This document shows positions 44,278 through 53,449 of a stretch of DNA of 64,000 nt, piece by piece (position 1 is the stretch's first letter; every line of letters starts with the position of its first letter). Position numbers and translations under genes: made by a program. The notes beneath the pieces were generated by a model that was not told where the DNA came from, searched no databases, and saw nothing but the letters and a program-made list of their open reading frames with translations. Where the stretch lies: the NCBI GenBank assembly GCA_002898535.1, contig BEHN01000007.1, positions 4,946-68,945 on the forward strand, given 5' to 3'. This stretch comes from a bacterium HR11. GTDB taxonomy: Bacteria > Acidobacteriota > HRBIN11.

Positions 44278-44383
44278 AGTGCGGGACTCTCGGCTTTCTC
44301 ACAGGCCGGACGGCTTCGCAGGGTCGGGCGGGGGGACGTCGGTCTTGATGCCCAGCACCCGAAACCCGACACGGAGGTAGCCC

Positions 44384-45100
44384 ATGGCGGCCACGCTGGA
44401 AGAACGCGTCGCTTACCTGGAGGGTCGAGTCGATGAACAATCGCGCCTGAGTGGAGAACTGCGGGACATGGTGTTCCATTTAGACCAGAAAGTCGACCGG
44501 TTCCGGGAGGAGCTGATAGCGGAGATTCGGGCCGTCGACCAGAAGGTGGACCGGTTCCGAGAAGAGCTGACGGCGGAGATTCGGGCCGTCGACCAGAAAG
44601 TCGACCGGTACCGTGAAGAACTGACGGCGGAGATCCGGGTCGTCGACCAGAAGGTCGACCGATTCCGGGAGGAGCTGATAGCGGAGATTCGGGCTGTCGA
44701 CCAGAAGGTGGACCGGTTCCGGGAAGAGCTGATGGCGGAGATTCGGGCCGTCGACCAGAAAGTCGACCGGTACCGTGAAGAACTGATGGCGGAGATCCGG
44801 GTCGTCGACCAGAAGGTCGACCGATTTCGGGAGGAGCTGATGGCGCAGATCCAGGCCGTGGACCAGCGGCTGTCGGCCGAGATTCGGGCCGTCGACCAAA
44901 AGGTCGACCGGTATCGGGAAGAGTTGTTAGCTCAGATGCAAGCCCTCGACCAGCGGCTGTCGGCCCGGATCCAGAGCTTAGAGCAAAAGGTTCGGGACTT
45001 GGACCAGCGGATGACCCGGTACTTCATATGGATTGTAGGCCTTCAGTTTGCGACGTTGGCGACCATCATCAGTCTACTTTTGAGCATATTGCTTCGGTAA
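44384..45100 (+). CDS. tail-anchored coiled-coil protein built from about 8 tandem 18-aa repeats (DQKVDRFREELIAEIRAV), inserted between nuoL and nuoM
   Basis: 238 aa. RBS GGAGGT lies 6 nt upstream. The N-terminal part is MAATLEERVAYLEGRVDEQSRL. Seven or eight near-identical 18-residue units with F/Y, I/T/M, A/V variation make up the middle. A single C-terminal TM helix, YFIWIVGLQFATLATIISLLLSILL, ends the protein. Confidence 0.6.
   Translation: MAATLEERVAYLEGRVDEQSRLSGELRDMVFHLDQKVDRFREELIAEIRAVDQKVDRFREELTAEIRAVDQKVDRYREELTAEIRVVDQKVDRFREELIAEIRAVDQKVDRFREELMAEIRAVDQKVDRYREELMAEIRVVDQKVDRFREELMAQIQAVDQRLSAEIRAVDQKVDRYREELLAQMQALDQRLSARIQSLEQKVRDLDQRMTRYFIWIVGLQFATLATIISLLLSILLR
44480..44940 (+). 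repeat. intragenic 54-bp tandem repeat (about 8.5 copies) with a 162-bp higher-order period
   Basis: GACCAGAA(A/G)GT(C/G)GACCGGT(T/A)CCG(G/T)GA(G/A)GA(G/A)CTGA(T/C)(A/G)GCGGAGAT(T/C)CGGG(C/T)CGTC units. Units 1-3 correspond one-to-one with units 4-6, with 1-3 substitutions each. Confidence 0.7.
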
Positions 45101-45296
45101 GGCGAGCGGGTCGAGACCCAGGTAAAAGTGCTTGCTTCGTCTTGCCGCAGTAAGGTGGTCACGGGGCGGCTTAAGCCCTTGGTCAGGTCGGGACGATAGT
45201 CCTTCGCCCCACAAGACTCAGGGTACTTCCCTGGGGTCGGGTGCTGACGCTGGGCTCTGGAGCCTGGACTCCATCCGAGACGAACGGGAGACGGAC

Positions 45297-46808
45297 ATGC
45301 GAGCGTGGCCGGTCCTGAGCACGATCCTCTGGTGGCCGACGTTGGGCGCCCTCGTCATCGGTCTGCTTCGGTGGCTGGAGGCCCTGCGGGGGAAGGCCTG
45401 GCCCCAGGACCTCTATCGGCAGGCGGCTCTGTTTTTTTCGGGGACGGCCTTCCTGATGGTCCTCCCCGTCGTGGTCTTCTTTCACACGGGCTATTCGGGA
45501 CTTCAATTTGAGGAACGGGTCCGTTGGATTCCCGAGTGGGGTATCTCTTACGCCCTCGGCGTGGACGGCCTGAGCGTGCTTCTCGTGGGCCTGACGGCTC
45601 TCCTGGTCCCCGTCGCGGTCCTGTCGGCCTGGCAGGAGATCCGGGCGCACGTCGCCGGCTTTTACGCCGCCCTTCTCTTTCTGGAAACGGCCCTCTTCGG
45701 CGTATTTCTGGCGGCCGACCTCCTGATGTTTTACGTCTTCTGGGAACTCGTGTTGGTCCCGATGTTTTTCATCATCTTCGTGTGGGGCGGTCCCCGGCGG
45801 GTCTATGCGGCCTTCAAGTTTTTGCTGTACACCTTTGCGGGTTCCCTCTTCATGCTGGCCGGGGTCGTCTACCTGTACGTCCGGACGGGGGGCCAGTCGC
45901 TCCTGTATGGGGACGTCTTGCAGGTCTTGCAGACGACGCACCCCTTGTCGCTTCGGGAGGAAGTCCTCCTGTTTCTGGCCTTTGCCATCGCCTTTGCCGT
46001 GAAGGTCCCGATGGTCCCCCTCCACATGTGGCTCCCGGCGGCCCACGTGGAGGCCCCGACACCGGGGAGCGTCCTCCTGGCGGGCGTCCTCCTCAAGATG
46101 GGGACGTACGGCCTCCTCCGGTTTTGCGTGCCCTTGTTCCCCCAAGCCGTTTCCCGATTTCAGGCGGCGATGGTCGCCTTAGGCGTCGTCGGCGTCATCT
46201 ATGGGGCCTGGGCGGCCCTGGCCCAGACGGACATGAAGCGGCTGGTCGCCTACTCGAGTATCAGCCACTTGGGCCTCATCGTGGCCGGGATCTTTGCCCT
46301 GGAGCCGACGGCCGTGCAGGGGGCGATCCTCCAGATGGTCAACCACGGGATCAGTACGGGGGGCCTCTTCGTCCTGGTCGGACTCCTGTACGAGCGACGC
46401 CACACTCGGGAGATGGACGCCTATGGGGGCGTGGCCCACGTCCTCCCGCGCTATGCGGCCGTGTTCTTGGTCATCCTCCTGTCGTCCATCGGACTGCCTT
46501 TCCTGAACGGCTTTGTCGGGGAGTTCCTGATCTTCTGGGGTGCCTTCCGGCGGTACCCCGTGGCGACGGCCTTGGCCGTGACGGGCGTCATCTGGAGTGC
46601 TGTCTACATGCTGAGGATGTATCAACGAGTCATGCATGGTCCCGTGACCCATGAGGAAAACCGTCGGTTGACCGACATGAAGCCCCATGAGTGGGCCGCT
46701 ACGGTGCCACTCCTGGCCCTGGCCGTCTGGATCGGCGTATGGGCCACGCCGTTCCTGGAACGCACCCAAACGGCCCTCCGATGGATCGTGGGGCCGTGGG
46801 GCCATTAG
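45297..46808 (+). CDS. nuoM: NADH-quinone oxidoreductase subunit M
   Basis: 503 aa from MRAWPVLSTILWWPTLGALVIGLL... (M56 of ORF 45132..46808). Antiporter-like motifs are ...FYVFWELVLVPMFFII..., ...MWLPAAHVEAPTPGSVLLAGVLLK... Confidence 0.9.
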   Translation: MRAWPVLSTILWWPTLGALVIGLLRWLEALRGKAWPQDLYRQAALFFSGTAFLMVLPVVVFFHTGYSGLQFEERVRWIPEWGISYALGVDGLSVLLVGLTALLVPVAVLSAWQEIRAHVAGFYAALLFLETALFGVFLAADLLMFYVFWELVLVPMFFIIFVWGGPRRVYAAFKFLLYTFAGSLFMLAGVVYLYVRTGGQSLLYGDVLQVLQTTHPLSLREEVLLFLAFAIAFAVKVPMVPLHMWLPAAHVEAPTPGSVLLAGVLLKMGTYGLLRFCVPLFPQAVSRFQAAMVALGVVGVIYGAWAALAQTDMKRLVAYSSISHLGLIVAGIFALEPTAVQGAILQMVNHGISTGGLFVLVGLLYERRHTREMDAYGGVAHVLPRYAAVFLVILLSSIGLPFLNGFVGEFLIFWGAFRRYPVATALAVTGVIWSAVYMLRMYQRVMHGPVTHEENRRLTDMKPHEWAATVPLLALAVWIGVWATPFLERTQTALRWIVGPWGH

Positions 46809-46834
46809 GTAGCAAGAAGGCAGGAGGAGGACCC

Positions 46835-48328
46835 ATGCAGACGTGGATGACCTGGTGGACGCAAACGCAGGGATGGGCCCTCCTCCCGGCGGGCCTCTTC
46901 GTCGTCTTGGCCGCCGTCCTCTTGGTCGTCGAGGCCTGGCGGCCCGAGTGGCTCCGGTGGCTCTACTACGGGGTCGTCCTCGGCCTGATCGGTCTTATCT
47001 TTATCACGTTCCGATTCCTCTTTAATCAGCGGTTCGTCGCCTTCGGAAACCGTCTCGTCTTGGACAACGTGACGCTCCTGACGCTGATCATGTACGTCGT
47101 GGCGGCCGCCGTCGTCGTCATCGCCATGGGCCCCGTCTGGGAGGCCCAGTCGGAGCGGAGCGGCTCTTGGATGGGCCTCCTGCTGATCACGTCCGTCGGC
47201 ATGCTGACGATGTCGGGGACGTCCGACGTGCTCGTCATCTTCATCGGCTTGGAGCTCCTCTCCCTGAGCCTGTACGTCCTCATCGCTTATGAGAACCCGA
47301 CCGAGCCGGCCCTGGAGAGCGCCCTCAAGTATTTCCTCCTGGGCGCCTTTGCGGCGGCCGTCTTTGCGTACGGCATCGCCTTGATGTACGGGGCCGTCGG
47401 CTCGACGTCCCTGGTCGACCTGGCGGCTCGGCTCCCGAGTCTGCAGGGCACCCCTCGGGGATGGCTGGCCTATCTGGGCCTGGCCCTGATGTTTGCGGGC
47501 CTCGCCTTTGAGGCCTCGGCTGTCCCCTTCCACATGTGGACGCCCGACGTCTATCAGGGGGCCCCGACGCCGACGGTCGCTTACATGTCGGCCGCCGTCA
47601 AAGCGGCCGCCTTCGGGGCCATGCTCCGACTGTTTGGCGACATGGCGCAGGTCTTCCGTCGGACGGCCGACGTCTGGGGCTGGGGCCTGGCCGGCGTGGC
47701 GGTCCTGACGATGGTCGTCGGCAACGTCCTGGCCCTCCGGCAGGGCAACGTCAAGCGGCTCCTGGCTTACTCGAGCATCGCCCACGCCGGCTACATCCTG
47801 ATCGGCCTGACGGCGGCCGGGGACGCCGCCCGGGAGTCCGTCTTGCTGTACTTGCTGGCCTACCTGTTCATGAACATGGGGGCTTTCCTGGTCGTGGCGG
47901 CCCTCGAGGCCTGGGGCGTCGAGCCGACGCTGGAGCGGTACCGGAGCCTCGGGTACCGTCACCCGGGGTGGGCCCTCGGCCTGACGGTCTTCCTCCTGGC
48001 CCTGGCGGGGATTCCCCCGACGGCCGGGTTCGTGGCCAAGCTATGGGTCTTCCGGGCGGCCTTCCAGGCGGGCTGGCCCAGTCTGGTCATCGTCGGCGTC
48101 GTCACGAGCCTGATCGCCGCCTACTACTACTTCCGGGTCGTATGGACGATGTTCGAACCCCCGACGGCCGACGTGCGGCGGGCCTGGAAGCAAGCGCCGA
48201 CCGAGCCTGCCGTCCCCGTGGCGGGGTTTGCTTTGGCGGTCGCCCTGTGCCTGTTTTTTACCCTCCAGATGGGCGTCCTGCCGAACCGGTTCGTCTACCT
48301 CGTGCGCATCGCCTTCGCCTCGTTTTGA
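46835..48328 (+). CDS. nuoN: NADH-quinone oxidoreductase subunit N
   Basis: 497 aa from MQTWMTWWTQTQGWALLPAGLFVV... RBS AGGAGGAGG is upstream. Motifs are ...FHMWTPDVYQGAPTPTVAYMSAAVKAAAF... Confidence 0.9.
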   Translation: MQTWMTWWTQTQGWALLPAGLFVVLAAVLLVVEAWRPEWLRWLYYGVVLGLIGLIFITFRFLFNQRFVAFGNRLVLDNVTLLTLIMYVVAAAVVVIAMGPVWEAQSERSGSWMGLLLITSVGMLTMSGTSDVLVIFIGLELLSLSLYVLIAYENPTEPALESALKYFLLGAFAAAVFAYGIALMYGAVGSTSLVDLAARLPSLQGTPRGWLAYLGLALMFAGLAFEASAVPFHMWTPDVYQGAPTPTVAYMSAAVKAAAFGAMLRLFGDMAQVFRRTADVWGWGLAGVAVLTMVVGNVLALRQGNVKRLLAYSSIAHAGYILIGLTAAGDAARESVLLYLLAYLFMNMGAFLVVAALEAWGVEPTLERYRSLGYRHPGWALGLTVFLLALAGIPPTAGFVAKLWVFRAAFQAGWPSLVIVGVVTSLIAAYYYFRVVWTMFEPPTADVRRAWKQAPTEPAVPVAGFALAVALCLFFTLQMGVLPNRFVYLVRIAFASF

Positions 48329-48418
48329 ATTTATAGGCCGATGGGTCTTTTGTAACCCCGCTCCGGCCCGGGACCTCTAAATTTTTTGCGAAATCTCGGG
48401 ATCTCCTGGAGGTCTGCC

Positions 48419-48622
48419 ATGACGTGCAACGTCGGCGGCGTAGAACGCGTGATTCGCATCCTCATCGGTATCGGGCTTTTCCTGTTGGCCTTTCTGGCCC
48501 TGGACGGGGCGGCCCGATGGGTCGTGGGCGCCATCGCCCTGGTACCCCTTGGGACGGGCATCGTGAAGTTCTGCCCCCTGTGGGCCGTCCTGGGCATCAA
48601 CACGTGCCGGGTGAAGGGTTGA
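48419..48622 (+). CDS. DUF2892 (YgaP-like) small inner-membrane protein
   Basis: 67 aa: MTCNVGGVERVIRILIGIGLFLLAFLALDGAARWVVGAIALVPLGTGIVKFCPLWAVLGINTC. RBS GGAGGT is upstream. Confidence 0.55.
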   Translation: MTCNVGGVERVIRILIGIGLFLLAFLALDGAARWVVGAIALVPLGTGIVKFCPLWAVLGINTCRVKG

Positions 48623-48718
48623 TTCGGTCTTTGGGTGTTGGGTGAATTACCCGACCCAACACGCGCATCTAAGACCTAACACCGGTATCTTGGGCCGATG
48701 GGCCCCTTCGCTTATATC

Positions 48719-48872
48719 AGCTCATGGGTCATGGCTCATAGTTCATGGGCCCATGACCCATGAGCCACGAGCCATAAGCCGATCTCACCGGGCCCTTCTT
48801 GACATAGCCGTTCGGTTCGTGGAAACCCGGATGGATTCAGCCTTTCCGACCCTTCGGGGCGGACGGTGTGAC
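48719..48872. repeat. family E CATGAGCC palindrome (48719-48782) followed by a single family-A MITE arm (48805-48872)
   Basis: CTCATGGGTCATGGCTCATAGTTCATGGGCCCATGACCCATGAGCCACGAGCCATAAGCC, then GCCGTTCGGTTCGTGGAAACCCGGATGGATTCAGCCTTTCCGACCCTTCGGGGCGGACGGTGTG. Confidence 0.55.
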
Positions 48873-49075
48873 GAGCGACGGTCTTGGGCCGGCGGGCCGG
48901 TCGGGATCATCCTTCCATCGTCACTCCGTCACTTCATCACTCCTTCACGCGGATGACCGACCCCCACAAGTAATGCTTTGTCAGCTTGTATTTTGAGGGA
49001 ATCCAGACGTTCGGGAAGCCGGGAAATGCGTCGTGAAATAGCACGCCGGCCCCGGGTTCCTGGGGCCTCCTCTTG

Positions 49076-50161
49076 TCATGCCTTACGTCGGCGTTGAAGC
49101 CAGGCCTGGATAGCCTCGGGGATGCGATCAAGGGGAAGCGACTCGTCGGCCAGGCCAGCCTCGACGACGGCTCGGGGCATTCCGTAGACGGCGGCCGTCT
49201 CCTCGTGTTCGACGATGATGCGGCCCCCGACGGCCTTCACGGCGGCGGCGCCCTGCAGACCATCGTCGCCCATGCCGGTCAGGACAAGGCCCAGGACGGC
49301 CGTCCCGCAGGCCTCGGCCGCCGATCGAAACAGCCGGTCTACGGAAGGCACGTACTTATCCCGTCCGTCTGGGGACCGGAGCCGGATGCGGAGCTCGCCG
49401 CGGGCCAGCCAGACTTCCATATGGCGGCCGCCGGGGGCGACGTACACGACACCGGGTCGGACGACCTCGTCGTCCCCGGCCTCCCGGACCCGCAGGCCGG
49501 CGAGCTGGTCCAGCCGCTGGGCGAACATCGTCGTGAAGATGGGCGGCATGTGCTGAGCGATCAGGACGGCCGCCGGCAGGTCCGACGGGAGCCTCTGCAA
49601 GAGGTGGCGGATGGCCTGAGGTCCGCCCGTCGAGGCGCCGATCACGACGATGTCCGAGGGGGCCGGCTGGGCTTCCCAAAGGGGACTCGGCTTCCGGTGG
49701 GCCGGCCGGGCCGGCGTCTCCGAGGGCAGGGGCCCGGCGGCCGGTCGGAGCTTGCCCTGGGCGGCGACCCGGACCTTAGCGATGAGCTGTTCCTGAATCG
49801 TCGAGAGTCGGGGCGAGATAGGGCCGCCGGGCTTGGCGATGAAGTCGAGGGCGCCCATCTCGAGGGCCCGGAGGACGTTTTCGTCGGCCTCGTATGCGCT
49901 GATGACGATGACGGGCTTGGGCCGCTGGACCATCAGCCATCGCAGGAACGTGAAGCCGTCCATGTTCGGCATTTCCAGGTCCAGGGTGATGACGTCGGGG
50001 TCGTGTTCGAGGACCTTCTTGACGGCATGCTGACCGTCGTAGGCCGTATCGACGACCTCGATGTCGGGGTCTGACGACAGCATGCGGGTAATCGTCCGTC
50101 GGTTGTAAGCCGAGTCGTCGACGACGAGGACCCGAATCTTCTTCGCCTGCGGCGGCCGCAT
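49076..50161 (-). CDS. cheB: protein-glutamate methylesterase CheB (REC + methylesterase)
   Basis: 361 aa. The receiver domain is KIRVLVVDDSAYNRRTITRML...VITLDLEMPNMDG. The methylesterase domain is ...VVIGASTGGPQAIRHLL...AQHMPPIFT... Confidence 0.85.
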   Translation of the reverse strand: MRPPQAKKIRVLVVDDSAYNRRTITRMLSSDPDIEVVDTAYDGQHAVKKVLEHDPDVITLDLEMPNMDGFTFLRWLMVQRPKPVIVISAYEADENVLRALEMGALDFIAKPGGPISPRLSTIQEQLIAKVRVAAQGKLRPAAGPLPSETPARPAHRKPSPLWEAQPAPSDIVVIGASTGGPQAIRHLLQRLPSDLPAAVLIAQHMPPIFTTMFAQRLDQLAGLRVREAGDDEVVRPGVVYVAPGGRHMEVWLARGELRIRLRSPDGRDKYVPSVDRLFRSAAEACGTAVLGLVLTGMGDDGLQGAAAVKAVGGRIIVEHEETAAVYGMPRAVVEAGLADESLPLDRIPEAIQAWLQRRRKA

Positions 50162-50288
50162 CGGTCCGGTGTCTCCTTACAGAGGGTCTCCGGTCCCGGG
50201 GCCGGCTTCGGTGTTGGGTGCCGGTGCCGGTCGTTCGGCGGTCGGGGCCGCGCATCGCCGGACCCCTCAAAACCCGGCACCCGGGACC

Positions 50289-51161
50289 TCACTTCCGATA
50301 TACCATGTCATTTCGAAAATGGACGAGTTGGAATCGGCTGTCCAGCCCCAGGAGGGACTCGGAGTGCCCCAGGAGCAGGAAGCCGCCGGGACGGAGGCGC
50401 TCGTAAAAATTCTGGATCGCCCGTTTTTTGGCCTCGGTGTCGAAGTAGATCAGGACGTTGCGGCAGAAGATGACGTCCAGCCAGCCGTACAGGGCCAAGC
50501 TCGACGAATCCAGCAGGTTCACGCGTCCGAACAGGACCATCTGGCGGATCTCGTCCCGGATCCGAAGCCGGCCGTCAGGGGTCGGCTCAAAGTACTGGCG
50601 GACGTAGGCTTCATATTCGGGCTCCATGTCCCGAAACGACCCGCTCCCGTAGATGCCCTGACGGGCGACCTGGAGGGCCCGGCTCGAGATGTCGCTGGCG
50701 AAGATGAAGAGTTGCCATCCCGTCAAGACCGGGAGGCCCCGGAGGAGCATGGCGATCGAGTAAGGCTCCTCGCCGGTCGAACAGCCGGCGCTCCAGATAC
50801 GGAGGACGCGAGCGGGCTCGGCCCGCCGTTCCTGGACCAGGAGGGGGACGATCTCCTCGACAAAGCACCGCAGTTGGCGTTTTTCCCGGAAGAAGTAGGT
50901 CTCGTGGGTCGTCACCAGGTCGATGAGCTGGTCCATCTCCCGTTCCCGGTCGGGATGATACAGGAGGTGGTAGTAGTAGCGTTCCAAAGAGGGCAGGCCG
51001 AGGGCCCGCATGCGGTGGACGAGCCGCCGCTGGAGGACGAAGCGGGACTCCTTGTCGAAGCGGATGCCCGTTTGCCGGTAAATCAGGTCCACGAAGGCGT
51101 AAAACAGGTCGTCGCTCAGGATCTCACCGGTCTGAGACGAGTCCAGAGGCGGGTACCGCAT
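50289..51161 (-). CDS. cheR: chemotaxis protein methyltransferase CheR
   Basis: Start taken at MRYPPLDSSQTGEILSDDLFYAFVDLIYRQTGIRF (M31). The alternative GTG at 51251 would overlap the upstream stop, but those 30 codons are translated heptamer repeat. The SAM-dependent MTase core is ...RIWSAGCSTGEEPYSIAMLL... Confidence 0.85.
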   Translation of the reverse strand: MRYPPLDSSQTGEILSDDLFYAFVDLIYRQTGIRFDKESRFVLQRRLVHRMRALGLPSLERYYYHLLYHPDREREMDQLIDLVTTHETYFFREKRQLRCFVEEIVPLLVQERRAEPARVLRIWSAGCSTGEEPYSIAMLLRGLPVLTGWQLFIFASDISSRALQVARQGIYGSGSFRDMEPEYEAYVRQYFEPTPDGRLRIRDEIRQMVLFGRVNLLDSSSLALYGWLDVIFCRNVLIYFDTEAKKRAIQNFYERLRPGGFLLLGHSESLLGLDSRFQLVHFRNDMVYRK

Positions 51162-51247
51162 GCGTCCAATCCGTGGTCCCCGGTAACGCGTGACGAGTGA
51201 CGGGCCATGATCCTGGGGCAGGGGCAGACAGGCAGATGGGCAGGTCT

Positions 51248-53449
51248 TCACGGGTCATCCGAGGGTTCGATGAAAAAGGCGGCCCACTGCCGGAGGCGGT
51301 GAGGGCCGTATCGGTCCAGCGTCGCCCGCCAGGCGGGTCGAGCTTGAACGATTTCGATCCACTGGGGCCAGGTCTCTTCGAGATACAGCCACGGTCGGGC
51401 CCATGCGGGGACGTCGGGCAGGTCCAGGTGGGCGAGGACGGTCATCCACTCGGGCGGAGACAGCCACTGCTCGATAGGCGGCGCCGTCTCGGTCAGCCAG
51501 GCATCGAGGCGCCGGGCGTCCAGGACGGCCATCGTCGTCAGGCCCCGGACCTTCAGGCTGGTCTCCATCTCGGGGTCGAACCGTTGGCGGGCGAACTCGA
51601 AGGCGGCTTCGGCCTGGCGCCGCATGGCGGCCAGGCCCTCGAGGATCATACGCCGGTGGATCAAGTCCCGATGGTCGTACTCCTGGCGGTAGAACGTCAA
51701 GACCTCGGGGACGTCGAGCCGGCCGGCGTGGCGCAGGATCTCCAGGCGCAGGGGAAACTCGGCATGGTCGTAGTGGGCTTCCAGGATGGCGAGAGCAGAC
51801 GGATGGCCGGACCCGGCGAGCCGTCGGACCGAGGCGACCTGGCCCCAGAGGTCCGACCCGGCCAGCGTCGCCCGGAGGACGTCGATGAGGTCGGGCGCGT
51901 CGTCGGGATAGGCCAGGATGGCCCGCTCCCGGACGGCCGTATGTTCGTCGGCCAGGGCCATGCGCAGGAGACGATCGATCACGTCCCGGGGGAGGTCCGG
52001 TCGGTCGGCCCGCGTCGCATCTTCCAGGACCCGAAGGCGGACCCAGGGGGCCGGGTCCTGCATCCATGGAATGGCCCGCTGACGGAACTCGTCGGGGGCC
52101 AGGGCGGACCGGACGTCCACGGCGGCCGCCCGGCGCCAGGCCTGGGCGTCCTCGGTCCAGGCGGCCGTCCATCGGAGGAGCTCGGCGGCCCGGTCGGGCT
52201 CGGCCTGCTGTTCGGCCAGCCAGGCCCAGACGATGTCTTGGAGCTCCGGCGATTCCAGGGGCCAGGTGGATTCCAGCCAGACCCGGACTTCGGGCCAGGG
52301 GGCCTGCCGGAGAACGGCTTGCAGGGCGAAGGCCCGGGTCTCCGGCGCCAATCGGTCCCATCGGTCCAATACGGCGGTCCGGACGGTAGCGTCCTCTAAG
52401 AGGGGCGCCTGCCAGTAGAGCCAGGCGTGGAGGGCCTCCGGGCGTTCGAGACGGTCCCATATCGAGCGCCATCGGGCCGGGGTCAGGGACGGGAGCCACG
52501 GCAGGACCATCGAGACCCGTTCCGACTCGAGGGGATCGTCCAGTCGCTCTGGAAGGGTTTCCCCAAATTCGGGTCGCTGAAAGACGGCGGCCCAAAACTC
52601 AGCACTCCGGGCGACCTCTTCGGAGCCGTGGGCGAGCCAATCCCGCCAGGGCAGGGCGTCCAAGGCGTCGGTCGGGGGTGCCACCCGGGTCAGCCATTCG
52701 TGGAACCGGCGGACGTACCGCCGGAGCCATTCGTCCTTCCAGGGGACGGAAAACCACCGGAGGGTCCCCCGGAGGACGTTGTCCGCTAAGTCGGGCCGTC
52801 GGAGGGCCTCGACGGCGAGGGCCACGGCCCGAGCGTCGAAAAAGTAGCCCAGCGTCTGGAGAGCCGGCAGGTACAGCAGGGGGTCCTGAAGCAAGGCCGG
52901 CCAGAGGTCCAGAAGGTCCGGATGGCCGATCCGACCCAGGGCCTGAACGGTCTGGTAACGGACCCAGGGGTCGTCCGAGGCCAGCAGGGGTCGGAGGGCC
53001 GGGACAGCCGAGGCGAGGCCCAGGTGACCGATCGACTCGATGGCCGTCGTGACGACGTTGGGGTTCGGGTCGGTCAGACGCTTTTGGAGGTCCGGCCGGA
53101 GGTCGGGGTCCCGGGCCGTCCGGGCCAGTTGGACGGCAAAGAGACGGACGTCCGGGTGAGGCGATTCCATCAGCTCCCGGAGGACGTCCGGGATGTAGCG
53201 GCTCTGGGCCGTCAAGATTTGAAGGGCCGTGTTGCGACGGTTGGCGTGCTCGTCGTCTTGCAGGGCGTCGACGAGGATTTGGACCAGACGGGGATGATGA
53301 AGCCGAGTCAGCCAGGCGGCGAGCTGGCTTCGGAACTGCCAGTCTTCCGAGTCCAGGGCCTCGTAAAGGACGAGCCAGACCGAGTCGGGCCATGCCGTCG
53401 GCGGTCCCTGGGACTCCCACCATTCCATACGTTCCCATTCGGGTTTCAT
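51248..53449 (-). CDS. large HEAT-repeat (PBS-lyase-like) protein embedded in the che-like cluster
   Basis: 733 aa of repeated DPDVRLFAVQLARTARDPDLRPDL / DPNPNVVTTAIESIGHLG / DDPWVRYQTVQALGRIGHP units, then a long Trp/Arg-rich C-terminal region. Its position and type are analogous to Cpc7 of the Myxococcus Che7 system. Confidence 0.65.
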   Translation of the reverse strand: MKPEWERMEWWESQGPPTAWPDSVWLVLYEALDSEDWQFRSQLAAWLTRLHHPRLVQILVDALQDDEHANRRNTALQILTAQSRYIPDVLRELMESPHPDVRLFAVQLARTARDPDLRPDLQKRLTDPNPNVVTTAIESIGHLGLASAVPALRPLLASDDPWVRYQTVQALGRIGHPDLLDLWPALLQDPLLYLPALQTLGYFFDARAVALAVEALRRPDLADNVLRGTLRWFSVPWKDEWLRRYVRRFHEWLTRVAPPTDALDALPWRDWLAHGSEEVARSAEFWAAVFQRPEFGETLPERLDDPLESERVSMVLPWLPSLTPARWRSIWDRLERPEALHAWLYWQAPLLEDATVRTAVLDRWDRLAPETRAFALQAVLRQAPWPEVRVWLESTWPLESPELQDIVWAWLAEQQAEPDRAAELLRWTAAWTEDAQAWRRAAAVDVRSALAPDEFRQRAIPWMQDPAPWVRLRVLEDATRADRPDLPRDVIDRLLRMALADEHTAVRERAILAYPDDAPDLIDVLRATLAGSDLWGQVASVRRLAGSGHPSALAILEAHYDHAEFPLRLEILRHAGRLDVPEVLTFYRQEYDHRDLIHRRMILEGLAAMRRQAEAAFEFARQRFDPEMETSLKVRGLTTMAVLDARRLDAWLTETAPPIEQWLSPPEWMTVLAHLDLPDVPAWARPWLYLEETWPQWIEIVQARPAWRATLDRYGPHRLRQWAAFFIEPSDDP

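Noticed and set aside
44480-44940. Treating the 54-bp tandem array as a non-coding minisatellite or CRISPR-like array.
   Set aside because: It is in-frame within an ORF that has an RBS, an N-terminal non-repeat segment and a C-terminal TM helix. Variation between units is codon-synonymous. There are no spacer-like unique segments between the repeats.
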